A program made the translations under genes and the position numbers. Positions 26,412 to 36,925 of a DNA stretch of 64,000 nucleotides are shown here, piece by piece. This DNA comes from Minisyncoccota bacterium (GTDB lineage Bacteria; Patescibacteriota; Minisyncoccia; Phycocordibacterales; UBA9973). The notes beneath the pieces are model-generated. The model had not been told where the DNA came from, ran no database searches, and saw only the letters and a list, made by a program, of their open reading frames with translations. The stretch's first letter is position 1, and the number at the start of each line of letters is the position of its first letter. The DNA lies in NCBI GenBank assembly GCA_041665925.1, contig JBAYHW010000001.1, forward strand, positions 11,282-75,281, given 5' to 3'.

Positions 26412-28562
26412 TTATTTTCTAGCAGCTATGATAGTCTCAGCGACGTTGTTCGGCACGATGTCGTAGCGGAAGAATTCCATAGTGAATCCTGCTCGGCCTT
26501 CGGTCATTGAACGAAGCCCGGTCATGTATCCGAACATTTCGGATAGAGGCACAATAGCTTTAATAACTTTATTCATTCCTCGATCTTCCATCCCTTCTAT
26601 GAGTCCGCGTTTAGATGAAAGGTTACCAGTAACGTCTCCCATGAATTTATCTGGAGTAATGACCTCTACCTTCATCATTGGTTCCAGGATAACTGGATTA
26701 GCTCGACGGCATGCATCTTGGATGGCCATAGAAGCTGCAATTTTGAAAGCCATTTCGTTAGAGTCAACTTCGTGATAACTTCCATCCCAGAGATCTACTG
26801 AAACGTTAACCATTTTAAATCCAGCCAGAATTCCGCGATCCAATCCTTCCTTAAATCCTTTTTCGCAAGGAGCAATATATTCTTGCGGAATAACACCTCC
26901 TTTAATACTGTTAATAAATTCGAAACCTTCAGAGCGTTTTGTATTTTTTGGTAGGTCTTCGAGTTCTTCTTTAGTAAGCATTTCCATTGGCTTAACCTTA
27001 ATCTTAACGTGACCGTAGTTACCGCGTCCGCCAGACTGCTTGATGTATTTACCTTCGGCGTCAGAATTTCCAGTAATGGTTTCTCGATAAGCTACTTGTG
27101 GTTTACCTACGTTAGCCTCCACAGTAAATTCTCGCTTCATTCGATCTACGATAATTTCGAGGTGAAGTTCTCCCATGCCAGCAATAATTGTTTCCCCTGT
27201 TTCTTGGTCAGTTGTAACTTTAAAAGTAGGGTCTTCTTGAGCGAGACGGTTCAAAGCCATACCCATTTTTTCTTGGTCAGCTTTTGTCTTTGGTTCTATG
27301 CGAAGTTGAATAACTGGTTCAGGGAATACTATTCTGTTTAATTCAATAGGATTATTTTCATCACAAATAGTATCTGAAGTAATAGTATCCTTAAGTCCGA
27401 CGGCAGCAGCAATTTCTCCGGCGAAAACTTGTTTCACTTCTTCACGGTCGTTCGCATGCATACGCAAGATTCGGCCTATGCGTTCTTTATTGCGTGTTCG
27501 TGGATTGTAGACATAACTTCCAGCCATCAAACTTCCTGAATAAACACGGAAGAAAATAATTTGTCCGACGAATGGGTCAGTAGCCACTTTGAAGGCCAAT
27601 GCTGCGAATGGTTCTGCGTCAGAAGCGCTTCTTACTAATGGTTCATCTGTGTCTGGGTTAACTCCTGGAATAGGGGGAATGTCTGTAGGCGCTGGAAGAT
27701 AGTCCACGACAGCATCAAGCACAAGCTGAACGCCTTTGTTCTTAAGTGCTGAGCCAGCAAAAACTGGAAAAATTTCATTATTGATTACAGCCTTACGAAG
27801 AGTTCTTTTCAAAACATCAATATCGGGGATAACTCCTTCTAAGTATTCAGTCATCATCACTTCGTCAGTCTCCACTATTTTCTCTATAAGTTCTCCGTGG
27901 AATTTTTCTGCATCAGCTTTTAGATTTTCAGGAATTTCTTTTTCAATAACTTTATTGCCCATTTCTCCTTCGAAATAGTACGCCTTCATACGAAGCAAGT
28001 CTACGACTCCTTCGTGGTTTTCTTCTAGTCCGATGGGGATCTGCATACGGACTGCCTTTTTTGTAAGTCGGTCTAAAATAGTTGCATACGAATGCTCAAA
28101 AGATGCCCCCGTTCTATCTAATTTATTTATAAAGCATACTCGAGGAACTTTCGCTTCGTCGGCATAGCGCCAGTTAGTTTCAGATTGCGGTTCTACTCCA
28201 GCTACTCCGTCGAAAACTACAACGGCTCCGTCAAGCACACGAAGAGAGCGCTTCACTTCTACGGTGAAGTCTATGTGTCCAGGTGTATCGATAATATTAA
28301 AACGGTGTTTCTTAGCTTTGTCTTTCGGATCAGCATAAGTCGGAGTCCAGAAACAAGTGACCGCCGCAGAAGTAATAGTTATTCCTCGTTCTCGCTCCTG
28401 CTCCATCCAGTCCGTGGTAGTCTCTCCGTCGTGCACTTCTCCTATTTTGTGAGAAACTCCAGTATAAAAAAGCACACGCTCTGTTGTAGTCGTCTTTCCT
28501 GCATCAATATGCGCAATAATTCCAATATTTCTAACTTTTTCTAAAGGATAATCTCTTTCCAT
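26412..28562 (-). CDS. fusA: elongation factor G
   Basis: '[12 protein letters not shown]', 'DTPGHIDF', full EF-G domains. Confidence 0.95.
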   Translation of the reverse strand: MERDYPLEKVRNIGIIAHIDAGKTTTTERVLFYTGVSHKIGEVHDGETTTDWMEQERERGITITSAAVTCFWTPTYADPKDKAKKHRFNIIDTPGHIDFTVEVKRSLRVLDGAVVVFDGVAGVEPQSETNWRYADEAKVPRVCFINKLDRTGASFEHSYATILDRLTKKAVRMQIPIGLEENHEGVVDLLRMKAYYFEGEMGNKVIEKEIPENLKADAEKFHGELIEKIVETDEVMMTEYLEGVIPDIDVLKRTLRKAVINNEIFPVFAGSALKNKGVQLVLDAVVDYLPAPTDIPPIPGVNPDTDEPLVRSASDAEPFAALAFKVATDPFVGQIIFFRVYSGSLMAGSYVYNPRTRNKERIGRILRMHANDREEVKQVFAGEIAAAVGLKDTITSDTICDENNPIELNRIVFPEPVIQLRIEPKTKADQEKMGMALNRLAQEDPTFKVTTDQETGETIIAGMGELHLEIIVDRMKREFTVEANVGKPQVAYRETITGNSDAEGKYIKQSGGRGNYGHVKIKVKPMEMLTKEELEDLPKNTKRSEGFEFINSIKGGVIPQEYIAPCEKGFKEGLDRGILAGFKMVNVSVDLWDGSYHEVDSNEMAFKIAASMAIQDACRRANPVILEPMMKVEVITPDKFMGDVTGNLSSKRGLIEGMEDRGMNKVIKAIVPLSEMFGYMTGLRSMTEGRAGFTMEFFRYDIVPNNVAETIIAARK

Positions 28563-28568
28563 AAAAAA

Positions 28569-29039
28569 TTACCAAGCAAAATGAGCGAAGGCTTTGTTGG
28601 CTTCAGCCATTTTGTGAGTATCTTCTTTCTTTTTAATAGCTGCACCTTCGTTCTTAGAAGCTGCAATAAGTTCATCAGCAAGTTTTAAATGCATTGGTTT
28701 ACCTTTCCCTCCTCGAGCGGCATCGCGAATCCAGCGCATAGCTAGTGCGAGTCTGCGTTCGGGGCGAACTTCAATAGGCACTTGGTAGTTTGCTCCTCCA
28801 ATTCTTTTAGAACGAACTTCGGTCATTGGACCAGCGTTACGAAGAGCTGTATCGAAAACTTCTAAAGGATTTGGATTCCCTGTTTTTTCTTTAATCACAT
28901 CAAAAGCTGCATACATTACCTTACGGGCAGTTTCTTTTTTCCCTGACCACATAATGTAATTAATAAACTTCTCTAATTTTTGAGAGTTATATACAAAGTC
29001 TGGATTTACTATATTTCTATTTTTTACTTTACGTCTCAT
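28569..29039 (-). CDS. rpsG: 30S ribosomal protein S7
   Basis: S7 sequence. Confidence 0.9.
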   Translation of the reverse strand: MRRKVKNRNIVNPDFVYNSQKLEKFINYIMWSGKKETARKVMYAAFDVIKEKTGNPNPLEVFDTALRNAGPMTEVRSKRIGGANYQVPIEVRPERRLALAMRWIRDAARGGKGKPMHLKLADELIAASKNEGAAIKKKEDTHKMAEANKAFAHFAW

Positions 29040-29057
29040 TTTATTTTTATTTTAAAA

Positions 29058-29483
29058 TTATTTCTTCGCGTCTTTTCTAGGTTTCTTGTTCCCATACAGG
29101 GATCGTCCTTGTCTCCTCTTCTCAACACCTTGTGTGTCTAGCACTCCACGAACGATGTGGTATCGCACTCCGATCAAGTCCTTCACGCGACCTCCACGAA
29201 GCATAACCACAGAGTGTTCTTGTAGATTGTGTCCTTCTCCAGGAATATAAGCGGTGACTTCCATGCCGTTCGTAAGACGTACGCGGGCGATTTTTCGGAG
29301 AGCAGAGTTTGGTTTCTTGGGGGTAGTGGTAGAGACTTTCACGCAAACTCCTCTTTTGAAAGGCGCTGGAAAATATACAGGTCTATTTTTCAAAACGTTA
29401 AAACCCTTCGCCAATGCAACGGTTTTGTGTTTAGAGTGAACTTTCACTCGGTTTTTCTTAATTAATTGGTTTATTGTTGGCAT
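29058..29483 (-). CDS. rpsL: 30S ribosomal protein S12 (start at '[10 protein letters not shown]')
   Basis: S12 N-terminus; the ORF-track N-extension is unlikely. Confidence 0.9.
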   Translation of the reverse strand: MPTINQLIKKNRVKVHSKHKTVALAKGFNVLKNRPVYFPAPFKRGVCVKVSTTTPKKPNSALRKIARVRLTNGMEVTAYIPGEGHNLQEHSVVMLRGGRVKDLIGVRYHIVRGVLDTQGVEKRRQGRSLYGNKKPRKDAKK

Positions 29484-29562
29484 TAAATTGTTCGTTGTAT
29501 AAAACAAAAGAGTCCGAAGACTCATACGATAATGTACTATAAAGTCCTAAAAATTGCAAATA

Positions 29563-30210
29563 TTACAAAGGTAACCCAGTGAATAATTGAAAAGCAAAGG
29601 CTAATACTGGATATAGGTAGTCCGCAAAGAAAATTACAAAGACAAGAAGTAGAATAAGCGAATATTGTTCGTAGCTAAAAATTATCCTCGCTAAGGACTC
29701 CGGAAGAAAAGAGAAAAGTATCTTGGAGCCATCAAGCGGAGGAATGGGCACTAAGTTAAAAATCCCGAGAGCTAGATTTACTATGACTATGGCAGAAGTT
29801 ATAAAATAAAAATTATCGGGCAGAGCAAATCCAGAAGAAAAGCGGATAATCAGCCCGAAAACTAAAGCAATGAAGAAGTTAGCCAGGATACCCGCAGCTG
29901 CGACCCATACTGTCCCCCATTTCAAATTTCTCAAATTGTAGGGATTGTAAGGCACTGGCTTCGCCCAGCCGAAAAGAAATCCAGCGTGCGAGAAAATTAA
30001 AACTGCCGGTAAGAGAATTGAACCGAATAAGTCTAAATGCTTGATAGGATTTAGGGTAAGTCGCCCAGCATTACGAGCGGTGTCATCACCGAAATATTCC
30101 GCCATGAAACCATGCGAAACTTCGTGAATCACAATAGACATGATCAATATAGCTATATAAAAAATTGCGTCTGCCCCTTGCATAATGATGCTTCTAATGA
30201 TACCATACAA
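29563..30210 (-). CDS. site-2-protease-like M50 family membrane metalloprotease
   Basis: 'HEVSHG' within a TM helix, polytopic. Confidence 0.5.
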   Translation of the reverse strand: MYGIIRSIIMQGADAIFYIAILIMSIVIHEVSHGFMAEYFGDDTARNAGRLTLNPIKHLDLFGSILLPAVLIFSHAGFLFGWAKPVPYNPYNLRNLKWGTVWVAAAGILANFFIALVFGLIIRFSSGFALPDNFYFITSAIVIVNLALGIFNLVPIPPLDGSKILFSFLPESLARIIFSYEQYSLILLLVFVIFFADYLYPVLAFAFQLFTGLPL

Positions 30211-30215
30211 AAACT

Positions 30216-30467
30216 ATGAAGAAAGTGTGTGCAATAACAAAAAAGGGTTCAATCGTCGGAGGCGGGTACTCAAATCGTACTCGTGCGACTAAATTCAACC
30301 CGACTGGCAAGAAACGCAAATACCCAAATCTTCAAAAGAAGAAGCTTTTTATCCCTGAATTAAATAAATCCATAAACCTAGAAATCTCAGCTCGCGGAAT
30401 GCGCACCATGAAGAAACGAGGCGCTTACGCTACCCTCCTCAAAGCCGGACTTATACAAGCAAATTAA
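30216..30467 (+). CDS. rpmB: 50S ribosomal protein L28
   Basis: 'MKKVCAITKKG...NRTRATKF.PNLQKK...ISARGMRTMKK'. Confidence 0.7.
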   Translation: MKKVCAITKKGSIVGGGYSNRTRATKFNPTGKKRKYPNLQKKKLFIPELNKSINLEISARGMRTMKKRGAYATLLKAGLIQAN

Positions 30468-30471
30468 AAAA

Positions 30472-30488
30472 ATCCCCATTCAGGGGAT
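30472..30488. terminator. bidirectional terminator (atcccc-attca-ggggat)
   Basis: hairpin between convergent genes, A/T runs. Confidence 0.55.
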
Positions 30489-30491
30489 TTT

Positions 30492-31532
30492 TTAAAATCC
30501 TTTCATATCTATCCCTTTTTGTTTACATTTTTCAAGCAGAATATCTCTGAATTTTTTCCTTTTTGCTATGTTTTCGTAAATATTCTTTATTTCCTCAAGA
30601 GAAAATAATTCAATAATGGATCTAACTTTAGTGGTTAATTCATTACTATTAGATTGTTTTAATATTTCATTAACACCCCTCGATAGATAATTCCAAAAAT
30701 CTAGCTCCAAAACTACTCTTGCCAATAATTCTTCAGATAAAGACGCTTGTTTATTAAATCTAATCCTTCTAGCAGCCTCATCGTAAAATGAAAAAATCAA
30801 AGGATAAGTGGAAAAATCTTCTTCCGTGTCTTCTGGTGCAAGTTTCTTCATGGTGTGATAAACAGGTGTGTGGTTAGCCCCAAGAAAAAATAATATTTTT
30901 ACCTCGGGTTTTTTCCTTAAATCAGGATTAGCGTCTAAAAGTTCTCTAATTTTAACAGGCAATTGCTGTAACATGTAATTTTCTCTTCCATGACTAATAA
31001 CGCTAAGATTTTGCAGCCTTTGTTTTACATTTTCTTTTTTCCCCTCAAAATCTTTTATTTGAGAAAATTCTCTAACTGAAGTTGTGTTTAATAAATTCTG
31101 TACAATTACTAGTGGATTATTTATCTCCGTATCAATAAAAGTAATTTTCTTCCCAGCTCTTTCTAAAACCTTTATCATTTCTCTCAAAAAGAAAAACTTG
31201 CGGTCGGTTTTAAAATCTGAATATGCCTTTTCATGAGATTTTTCTAATTTTTCTGCGGACAACACACCTCCCGATAGTTGTCTCCAGGTATCTAAAGATT
31301 GTTGATCCCACCCAAACCCTTCGGGGATAAAAACATCTGCTTCTTTTATTTTTACTTTAACTTTATTTAAATCTCCTGGACTAAGGTGATGACCAAACAC
31401 AAAAGAAAATTTTAGCTCTGGATCCCCCTCCTTTTTCTCTTTTGCCCAAAGCTCTTGTAGGGAATTTAAAAATTCTATTTCTGTTTCACCTTTTGCCTCA
31501 AAACTAGAAAGCAGTTGTTTATCTTCGATCAT
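30492..31532 (-). CDS. hypothetical protein (346 aa)
   Basis: ORF only. Confidence 0.3.
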   Translation of the reverse strand: MIEDKQLLSSFEAKGETEIEFLNSLQELWAKEKKEGDPELKFSFVFGHHLSPGDLNKVKVKIKEADVFIPEGFGWDQQSLDTWRQLSGGVLSAEKLEKSHEKAYSDFKTDRKFFFLREMIKVLERAGKKITFIDTEINNPLVIVQNLLNTTSVREFSQIKDFEGKKENVKQRLQNLSVISHGRENYMLQQLPVKIRELLDANPDLRKKPEVKILFFLGANHTPVYHTMKKLAPEDTEEDFSTYPLIFSFYDEAARRIRFNKQASLSEELLARVVLELDFWNYLSRGVNEILKQSNSNELTTKVRSIIELFSLEEIKNIYENIAKRKKFRDILLEKCKQKGIDMKGF

Positions 31533-31594
31533 TTTGTAATTATATAAGAAATCAAAAAATCCACCAAGGTGAACTTTTGGTTATAAGAAATTGT

Positions 31595-32848
31595 TTATTG
31601 AGGTACGAAGGTAAGCGCTGTGCCTTTTTTGCCACTTCTGCCTGTTCGGCCGATGCGGTGCACATAGGTATCGTAGGTTTGCGGTACGTCAAAGTTGATG
31701 ACATGGGTAACGTCTGGAATATCAAGTCCCCGAGCAGCGACGTCTGTCGCAATGAGGATATTTATCTGATCTTTTTTAAATGAGTCTAAAATACGAATAC
31801 GTTCTCGGCTTCTTTTGTCGCCGTGAATACCACCAACTTTGAACCCAGCCCGAGCAAGTTCTTTCGTTAGTGTATCCACGCTGTGTTTCATCTCACGGAA
31901 TATGAGGACCTTATCCGATCCGTCTTTCTTCAAAATTTCATGAAGTCTTTCTAGCTGTTCGTCTTTCCCTCGATAACGCACGACATCTTGGTCAATATTT
32001 TTTGCAGTTTCACCTGAAATCACAGAAATAAAAACTGGTTTATTTAAATACTGCTCAGTAAGCTTTTTAATATCTGGAGAAAGTGTCGCCGAAAAGAAAA
32101 GTGTCTGCCTCCCCTCCTTTGGAGTTTTGCCAATTATAAAAACCATATCATCACGAAATCCCATATCAAGCATTCTGTCCGCTTCGTCTAGGACCACAGA
32201 GTGGCAATTAGACAAATCTACAACTTTTCTATCGATAAGGTCGCGTAGTCTACCTGGGGTTCCGATTATAAAAGATACTCCCATTTTTATTTCCCTAATT
32301 TGTTTCATTATCGGCAATCCCCCAACACATGAAACAGAAAACATCCCAAGTCCAAAGGCTAAGTTTTTGAAATCGCTTTCTATCTGAAGCGCTAGCTCGC
32401 GAGTCGGCGCCATTATGAGCACGGTTTCCTTTTTGTTCTGTCCTTTTGTTTTTGCAATTTTCTCAATAAGAGGCAGAAGGAATGCTGCTGTCTTTCCTGT
32501 GCCTGTGTTTGCCATACCGAAGACGTCAGTCCCAGCTAGGACGACGGGGATAGCTTGATCTTGAATAGGTCTAGGGTGCACATACCCAGTTCTCATTATA
32601 TTTGTTTGAATTTGCGCATTGAAAGGAAAGTCAGCGAATGTATGAGTTGCCACGTATGGCTTTTCTTCCACTTGAATTCCTTTCTTTACGAAACGAGAAA
32701 AATCTATTCGCTCACCGCGAGATCTTTTGCCCCCTCCGCTACTTCGTCTAAAAGTAGGTCGAGAATGATTAAATTTTCTTGCTCCTCCGAAACGAGAAGG
32801 CTTGTGTGCACCAAATTTCTTCGGAGCAGCCGAATGTGTTTTATACAT
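31595..32848 (-). CDS. DEAD-box ATP-dependent RNA helicase with basic N-terminal tail
   Basis: 'NTGTGKTAAF', 'VLDEADRMLDMGF', 'IATDVAARGLD', 'HRIGRTGR'. Confidence 0.85.
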   Translation of the reverse strand: MYKTHSAAPKKFGAHKPSRFGGARKFNHSRPTFRRSSGGGKRSRGERIDFSRFVKKGIQVEEKPYVATHTFADFPFNAQIQTNIMRTGYVHPRPIQDQAIPVVLAGTDVFGMANTGTGKTAAFLLPLIEKIAKTKGQNKKETVLIMAPTRELALQIESDFKNLAFGLGMFSVSCVGGLPIMKQIREIKMGVSFIIGTPGRLRDLIDRKVVDLSNCHSVVLDEADRMLDMGFRDDMVFIIGKTPKEGRQTLFFSATLSPDIKKLTEQYLNKPVFISVISGETAKNIDQDVVRYRGKDEQLERLHEILKKDGSDKVLIFREMKHSVDTLTKELARAGFKVGGIHGDKRSRERIRILDSFKKDQINILIATDVAARGLDIPDVTHVINFDVPQTYDTYVHRIGRTGRSGKKGTALTFVPQ

Positions 32849-32908
32849 AATGGGTCACTCCCAATATGTGATTAGAGAGAATGATATCTAAAGTATAGCA
32901 TTTTGAGC

Positions 32909-33706
32909 TTATTTTGTCAATGTTTGTAACGGTTTGATGATGCCTAAAATATGTTTATTGACTTTATCGGTGTTGCTGGAAATAAACTTTGTATTAACGT
33001 ATTCCCTTTCTCTTTTACCGGAAAAATCTATTATTTTGGCTCCAGCCTCCATGGCGATGAGTTTGCCTGCGGCAAAATCGTGCACCTCAACCCCGTCAGT
33101 GATTACCGTTTCAATTTTCCCTGAAGCAAGCATGCAATATTCAAACGCAGCGGACCAGTTGTGTAAAATCCGTTTATGATCCCCAATAATTAGGTTTTTC
33201 AAAAGTTGACCTATGTAAGGTCGACTCGTTGTATATCCACAGGTATATACAATATTTAATTTTTTTACATCTGTAATGTTGTTTACATTAATTATTTTTT
33301 TATTTAGATATGCTCCTTTCCCCTTCTCTGCAGTATAAAGCTGGTCCACTATTGGTAGATACACCACTCCGGCAACAGGTTCGTTTTTATATAGAAGACC
33401 AATAGAAACAGAAAAATGTGGCATTCCGAGGACGAAATTATTCGTGCCATCTAGTGGATCAATGATAATAGTGTAGTCGGACCCATTTTCAGTTCTACCA
33501 TCTTCTTCAGACTGAATATTGTATAGTGGTAAATATTTTCTTATTGTTGCAATAATGGCTTTTTCGGACCCAAGATCAGCTTTGGTTTGAAAATCACCTA
33601 TAGTTGATTTTTGAACCGTATCAAGAGTCTGCCCAAAATATTTTTTTAGAATTTCCCCTCCGGCGTGAGCAGCTTTTATTAAAATTTTTAAATCTTTATT
33701 GTGCAT
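32909..33706 (-). CDS. suhB: inositol monophosphatase family protein
   Basis: 'IIDPLDGTNNF' and 'WSAAFE' motifs. Confidence 0.75.
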   Translation of the reverse strand: MHNKDLKILIKAAHAGGEILKKYFGQTLDTVQKSTIGDFQTKADLGSEKAIIATIRKYLPLYNIQSEEDGRTENGSDYTIIIDPLDGTNNFVLGMPHFSVSIGLLYKNEPVAGVVYLPIVDQLYTAEKGKGAYLNKKIINVNNITDVKKLNIVYTCGYTTSRPYIGQLLKNLIIGDHKRILHNWSAAFEYCMLASGKIETVITDGVEVHDFAAGKLIAMEAGAKIIDFSGKREREYVNTKFISSNTDKVNKHILGIIKPLQTLTK

Positions 33707-33720
33707 TAAAGTTTTTTTAT

Positions 33721-34293
33721 TTAATCAAGCTGGTGCCCAATTATATTTTCTGGATCCTTTTTATTAAAGAGGACTTCGCTATTCTCTAAAAGATAAACAT
33801 TTTTAATCCCGGAAGAAATTATTTTTTCCCAACAATTTTTGCAACACCACCAATGCCCCCACATATATAGATCTGCTTCCTTGGGGTCATTCCCTTTTTC
33901 AATTGCATCATTAATAGCCCTAGACTCTCCGTGATTTTTCGGATGACAACCCTCACACAATTCATAACCTTCCCCTGTTGGAATATTTTGTCTGACCCTT
34001 TCGCATCCATGCTGTTCATGATAATTGCTGCCGTTGGCCCCGATCCCGATAACTTTCCCAGCTTTCACAATTATACTCGTGTTCGGCATTTCTTTATCTA
34101 GGGAATTAACTCGAGCATAATCTCTTGCTTGTGTCATATATAAATTTGAAAGTGGCACGTATAGGATTTCGCGCCCTTTTGGTATATATGGACTTGGATA
34201 TTTAGGATTTTTTTGCATATGTGTTCTGGGTTTCCATAAGAATTGATTTATTATATACTCTACTATATGACCACCTTCGACACAATCTATCAA
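33721..34293 (-). CDS. dCMP deaminase-like (CMP/dCMP deaminase zinc-binding); true start probably an internal Met (34218 or 34137)
   Basis: 'HGESRAINDAI' (HxE) and 'CCKNC' (C..C) zinc ligands. Confidence 0.6.
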   Translation of the reverse strand: MIDCVEGGHIVEYIINQFLWKPRTHMQKNPKYPSPYIPKGREILYVPLSNLYMTQARDYARVNSLDKEMPNTSIIVKAGKVIGIGANGSNYHEQHGCERVRQNIPTGEGYELCEGCHPKNHGESRAINDAIEKGNDPKEADLYMWGHWWCCKNCWEKIISSGIKNVYLLENSEVLFNKKDPENIIGHQLD

Positions 34294-35100
34294 AACATTA
34301 TTAAGAAAATAATGGATGAAGGCATAGAGGAGTTAAACGAACGCACGGGGCATAAGACCAAAGCTTTGCCTGGAGTTACATTTTCTTTTGATATAGAAAA
34401 GGATGGTTTCCCTGTTTTAACGCTCCGTAAACAACCCCTAAAATCCCCCATCGCTGAACAAGTCTGGTTTATCCAAGGAGAAAAAGATGCGACATTTCTG
34501 CGAAAATTTACAAAAATGTGGGACCCTTTTCTAGAAGAGGACGGCACACTGTCTTCGGCCTACGGCTGGCGCTGGCGACACCACTTCGGGCGTGATCAAT
34601 TGGGAAAAGCCATAGAACTTTTAGAGAAGGAGCCTAGCTCAAGACATGGAGTAGTTATAACTTGGGACCCTAGGGATGATGGCTATGGTGGAACTCCAAA
34701 GAAAAATGTTCCCTGCCCATACGCTTACACAATAAATATAATTGGTGGACGACTAAATATGCACAACATCGTGCGGTCAAACGACATGATACTTGGTTGC
34801 CCTTTTGACACTTTTGGTTTTGCGCTTTTGCAGTGCATGATTGCTGAACGGCTCGGTGTTCGTCCAGGAATTTATACTCATTCAATCTCCAACGCGCATA
34901 TTTATGACAATCACTATGAAGGAGCTAAGGAAATTATACAAAGAACTAATAATCATAAAAATATAGAGCTGCATTTACCGAAAGATGCATTTAAGAGAGC
35001 TGAGCAAAAAGACGAAGCCTTGGTAGGAGAAATCCTCGCAGATTTACAAGCTCAATACAATCCATTACCACCAATCGTAGGATTAGAAATAGCTTTATAA
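34243..35100 (+). CDS. thymidylate synthase (ThyA)-family enzyme with Asp at the Asn177-equivalent specificity site; candidate dCMP methylase/hydroxymethylase
   Basis: aligns to ThyA: 'RTGHKT', 'EQVWFIQGE', 'MWDPF', 'AYGWRW', catalytic Cys158 'VPCP', 'RSND', but 'LGCPFD' (codon 34807..34809) instead of 'LGLPFN'. Confidence 0.75.
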   Translation: MIYYILYYMTTFDTIYQNIIKKIMDEGIEELNERTGHKTKALPGVTFSFDIEKDGFPVLTLRKQPLKSPIAEQVWFIQGEKDATFLRKFTKMWDPFLEEDGTLSSAYGWRWRHHFGRDQLGKAIELLEKEPSSRHGVVITWDPRDDGYGGTPKKNVPCPYAYTINIIGGRLNMHNIVRSNDMILGCPFDTFGFALLQCMIAERLGVRPGIYTHSISNAHIYDNHYEGAKEIIQRTNNHKNIELHLPKDAFKRAEQKDEALVGEILADLQAQYNPLPPIVGLEIAL

Positions 35101-35103
35101 AAA

Positions 35104-35175
35104 ACCTGTCCCGTACTAAATTTTTGATTGCGGGGCATAAAGATAAAGATTATTAATTAAAATTTTAGTAATGGG
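35104..35175 (+). repeat. 72-bp structured intergenic element, copy B (thyA-folA spacer, ends at the folA ATG)
   Basis: 94% identical to 10661..10732. Confidence 0.6.
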
Positions 35176-35667
35176 ATGATTTCATTAATCGCAGCCATAG
35201 GGAAAAACAATGAACTCGGGAAGGGCAATACTTTGCTATGGTCAATGCCAGCAGATATGAAACATTTTATAGAAACTACTACGCTCCACGCCGTGGTAAT
35301 GGGAAGAAAAACTTTTGAATCCCTACCAGGCCCGCTCCCCAATCGCAGAAATATAGTCATCACGCGAGACTTAAATTATAAAAAGGAGGGGGTTGAAGTG
35401 GTTCATTCGCTCGCCGAAGCTTTAGACTTATTCCCAGATCAAAATGAGGAAATTTTTATGATTGGTGGAGCAGAAATATATAAACAAACTATGCCTATAG
35501 CCGACAAATTATATATTACCCACATTGATGCAGAAGAAAGTGCCGCAGATAGCTTTTTCCCAGAAATTATTCCAATAGTCTGGAACGAAGTCTCACACGA
35601 AGAACATAAAAAGGATGAGAAAAATCCTTTTAATTACACTTTTTCAGTTTATGAGAAATTTATCTAA
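35176..35667 (+). CDS. folA: dihydrofolate reductase
   Basis: 'ISLIAAIGKNNELGKGNTLLW...VVMGRKTFES'. Confidence 0.8.
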   Translation: MISLIAAIGKNNELGKGNTLLWSMPADMKHFIETTTLHAVVMGRKTFESLPGPLPNRRNIVITRDLNYKKEGVEVVHSLAEALDLFPDQNEEIFMIGGAEIYKQTMPIADKLYITHIDAEESAADSFFPEIIPIVWNEVSHEEHKKDEKNPFNYTFSVYEKFI

Positions 35668-35686
35668 GCAGATAGTAAAATCTTTT

Positions 35687-36892
35687 TTATTCAACTGGTA
35701 CGATTTCAATAGTCCCCACCCCTTTATCTGAATAATCTAATACTATATGTTTCCCATCAGGAAACCATCGTGGATTGAGAGCCGGCCCTTTTTCTATTCC
35801 TGTTTCTACTTTTTTATTTCCACTTCCGTCCGCGTTCACAACATAAATATCGGAAGCGGTAACGTTGTATCCATCTTCTTCGGTAATATAATAAGCAATT
35901 CGGGAACTATCAAAAGACCATGAAGGAAAACTACCCGAGGCTACTTGAATTTTATTGCTACCGTCAATATTCATAACCATAATTTTTTGTGGTCCTGACC
36001 AAAAAGAAGTATACACAACTTTCTTTTTATCAGGAGATAAAACTGGAAATACGCCATTATCGTTGTCTGGTATAAGTTGTTTCACAACCCCATTAAAAGT
36101 TATTGATTTAATCACACCATGACTAAGAGATTTATCCCGATATTCACCATATACCAACGCCATTTCATCACTACTTCTAATTACTTTTTTACCATTAATA
36201 TCCACAATCTTTAATTTATTGTCATCATTCTTATCAATATATGCAATTTCATTTATAGAAATCCATCGAGGAAATGCAACACGTTCACTATTTGGTGTAA
36301 GTTCTTTCGAATAATTACCGTCTTGATTCACCACCTTAAGAACGTGAGTAGTGCTGGAAAATTTTGTTTGCGTTGGAATTTCTTTTTGCGCAATATAAAA
36401 AACATATCTATCGTTGTAATGAGTATCGGTGATAGGAGACCACTCAAAACTATCGCCAGTTCCAATAAGATCATCTTTTATCAATTGTTTCATCTCAGTA
36501 CCATCAACATTGATAACCCATAAACCTTTTTCTTCTGGTTTTCCTTCGCCTCGTTTCCAAAAGACAATTTTAGAACCATCAGCTGAAACTTTGGGATAAA
36601 AATCCGGTGAAAATTGTTTAGAAATAAGACCAATGGCAACTTTTAAAATTTTGTCTGGTGTAGTAATTTTATCCAGGGATGTGGTAGTAATAGGAGGTGT
36701 GTCAATTTTATCCCCTTCTTGTACGTCATTTGGTGTCTGTGTCTGTTGTGTTTCAGAAGGGATTATTGATTTCTTGGATAAAACAAAATATCCGCCAATG
36801 GCTACTAGAGCAACAACCACTATTATTAAGCTGACATTTGTAAAACCTTTTTGATTGTTTTTCATAGTGTTATGATTATACCCCCCCCACAA
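35687..36892 (-). CDS. membrane-anchored TolB-like beta-propeller (PD40 repeats) protein
   Basis: N-terminal TM, repeated ~40-aa propeller-like segments. Confidence 0.4.
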   Translation of the reverse strand: MWGGYNHNTMKNNQKGFTNVSLIIVVVALVAIGGYFVLSKKSIIPSETQQTQTPNDVQEGDKIDTPPITTTSLDKITTPDKILKVAIGLISKQFSPDFYPKVSADGSKIVFWKRGEGKPEEKGLWVINVDGTEMKQLIKDDLIGTGDSFEWSPITDTHYNDRYVFYIAQKEIPTQTKFSSTTHVLKVVNQDGNYSKELTPNSERVAFPRWISINEIAYIDKNDDNKLKIVDINGKKVIRSSDEMALVYGEYRDKSLSHGVIKSITFNGVVKQLIPDNDNGVFPVLSPDKKKVVYTSFWSGPQKIMVMNIDGSNKIQVASGSFPSWSFDSSRIAYYITEEDGYNVTASDIYVVNADGSGNKKVETGIEKGPALNPRWFPDGKHIVLDYSDKGVGTIEIVPVE

Positions 36893-36925
36893 ACTTTTTA
36901 CAAATTAATAATGATTGCTTAGAAT

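Noticed and set aside
29122-29346. 74-aa alternate-frame ORF inside rpsL
   Set aside because: Overlaps S12 coding on the same strand in another frame, so it is spurious.
33819-34019. 66-aa ORF within the dCMP-deaminase gene
   Set aside because: Same-strand alternate frame inside a supported gene.
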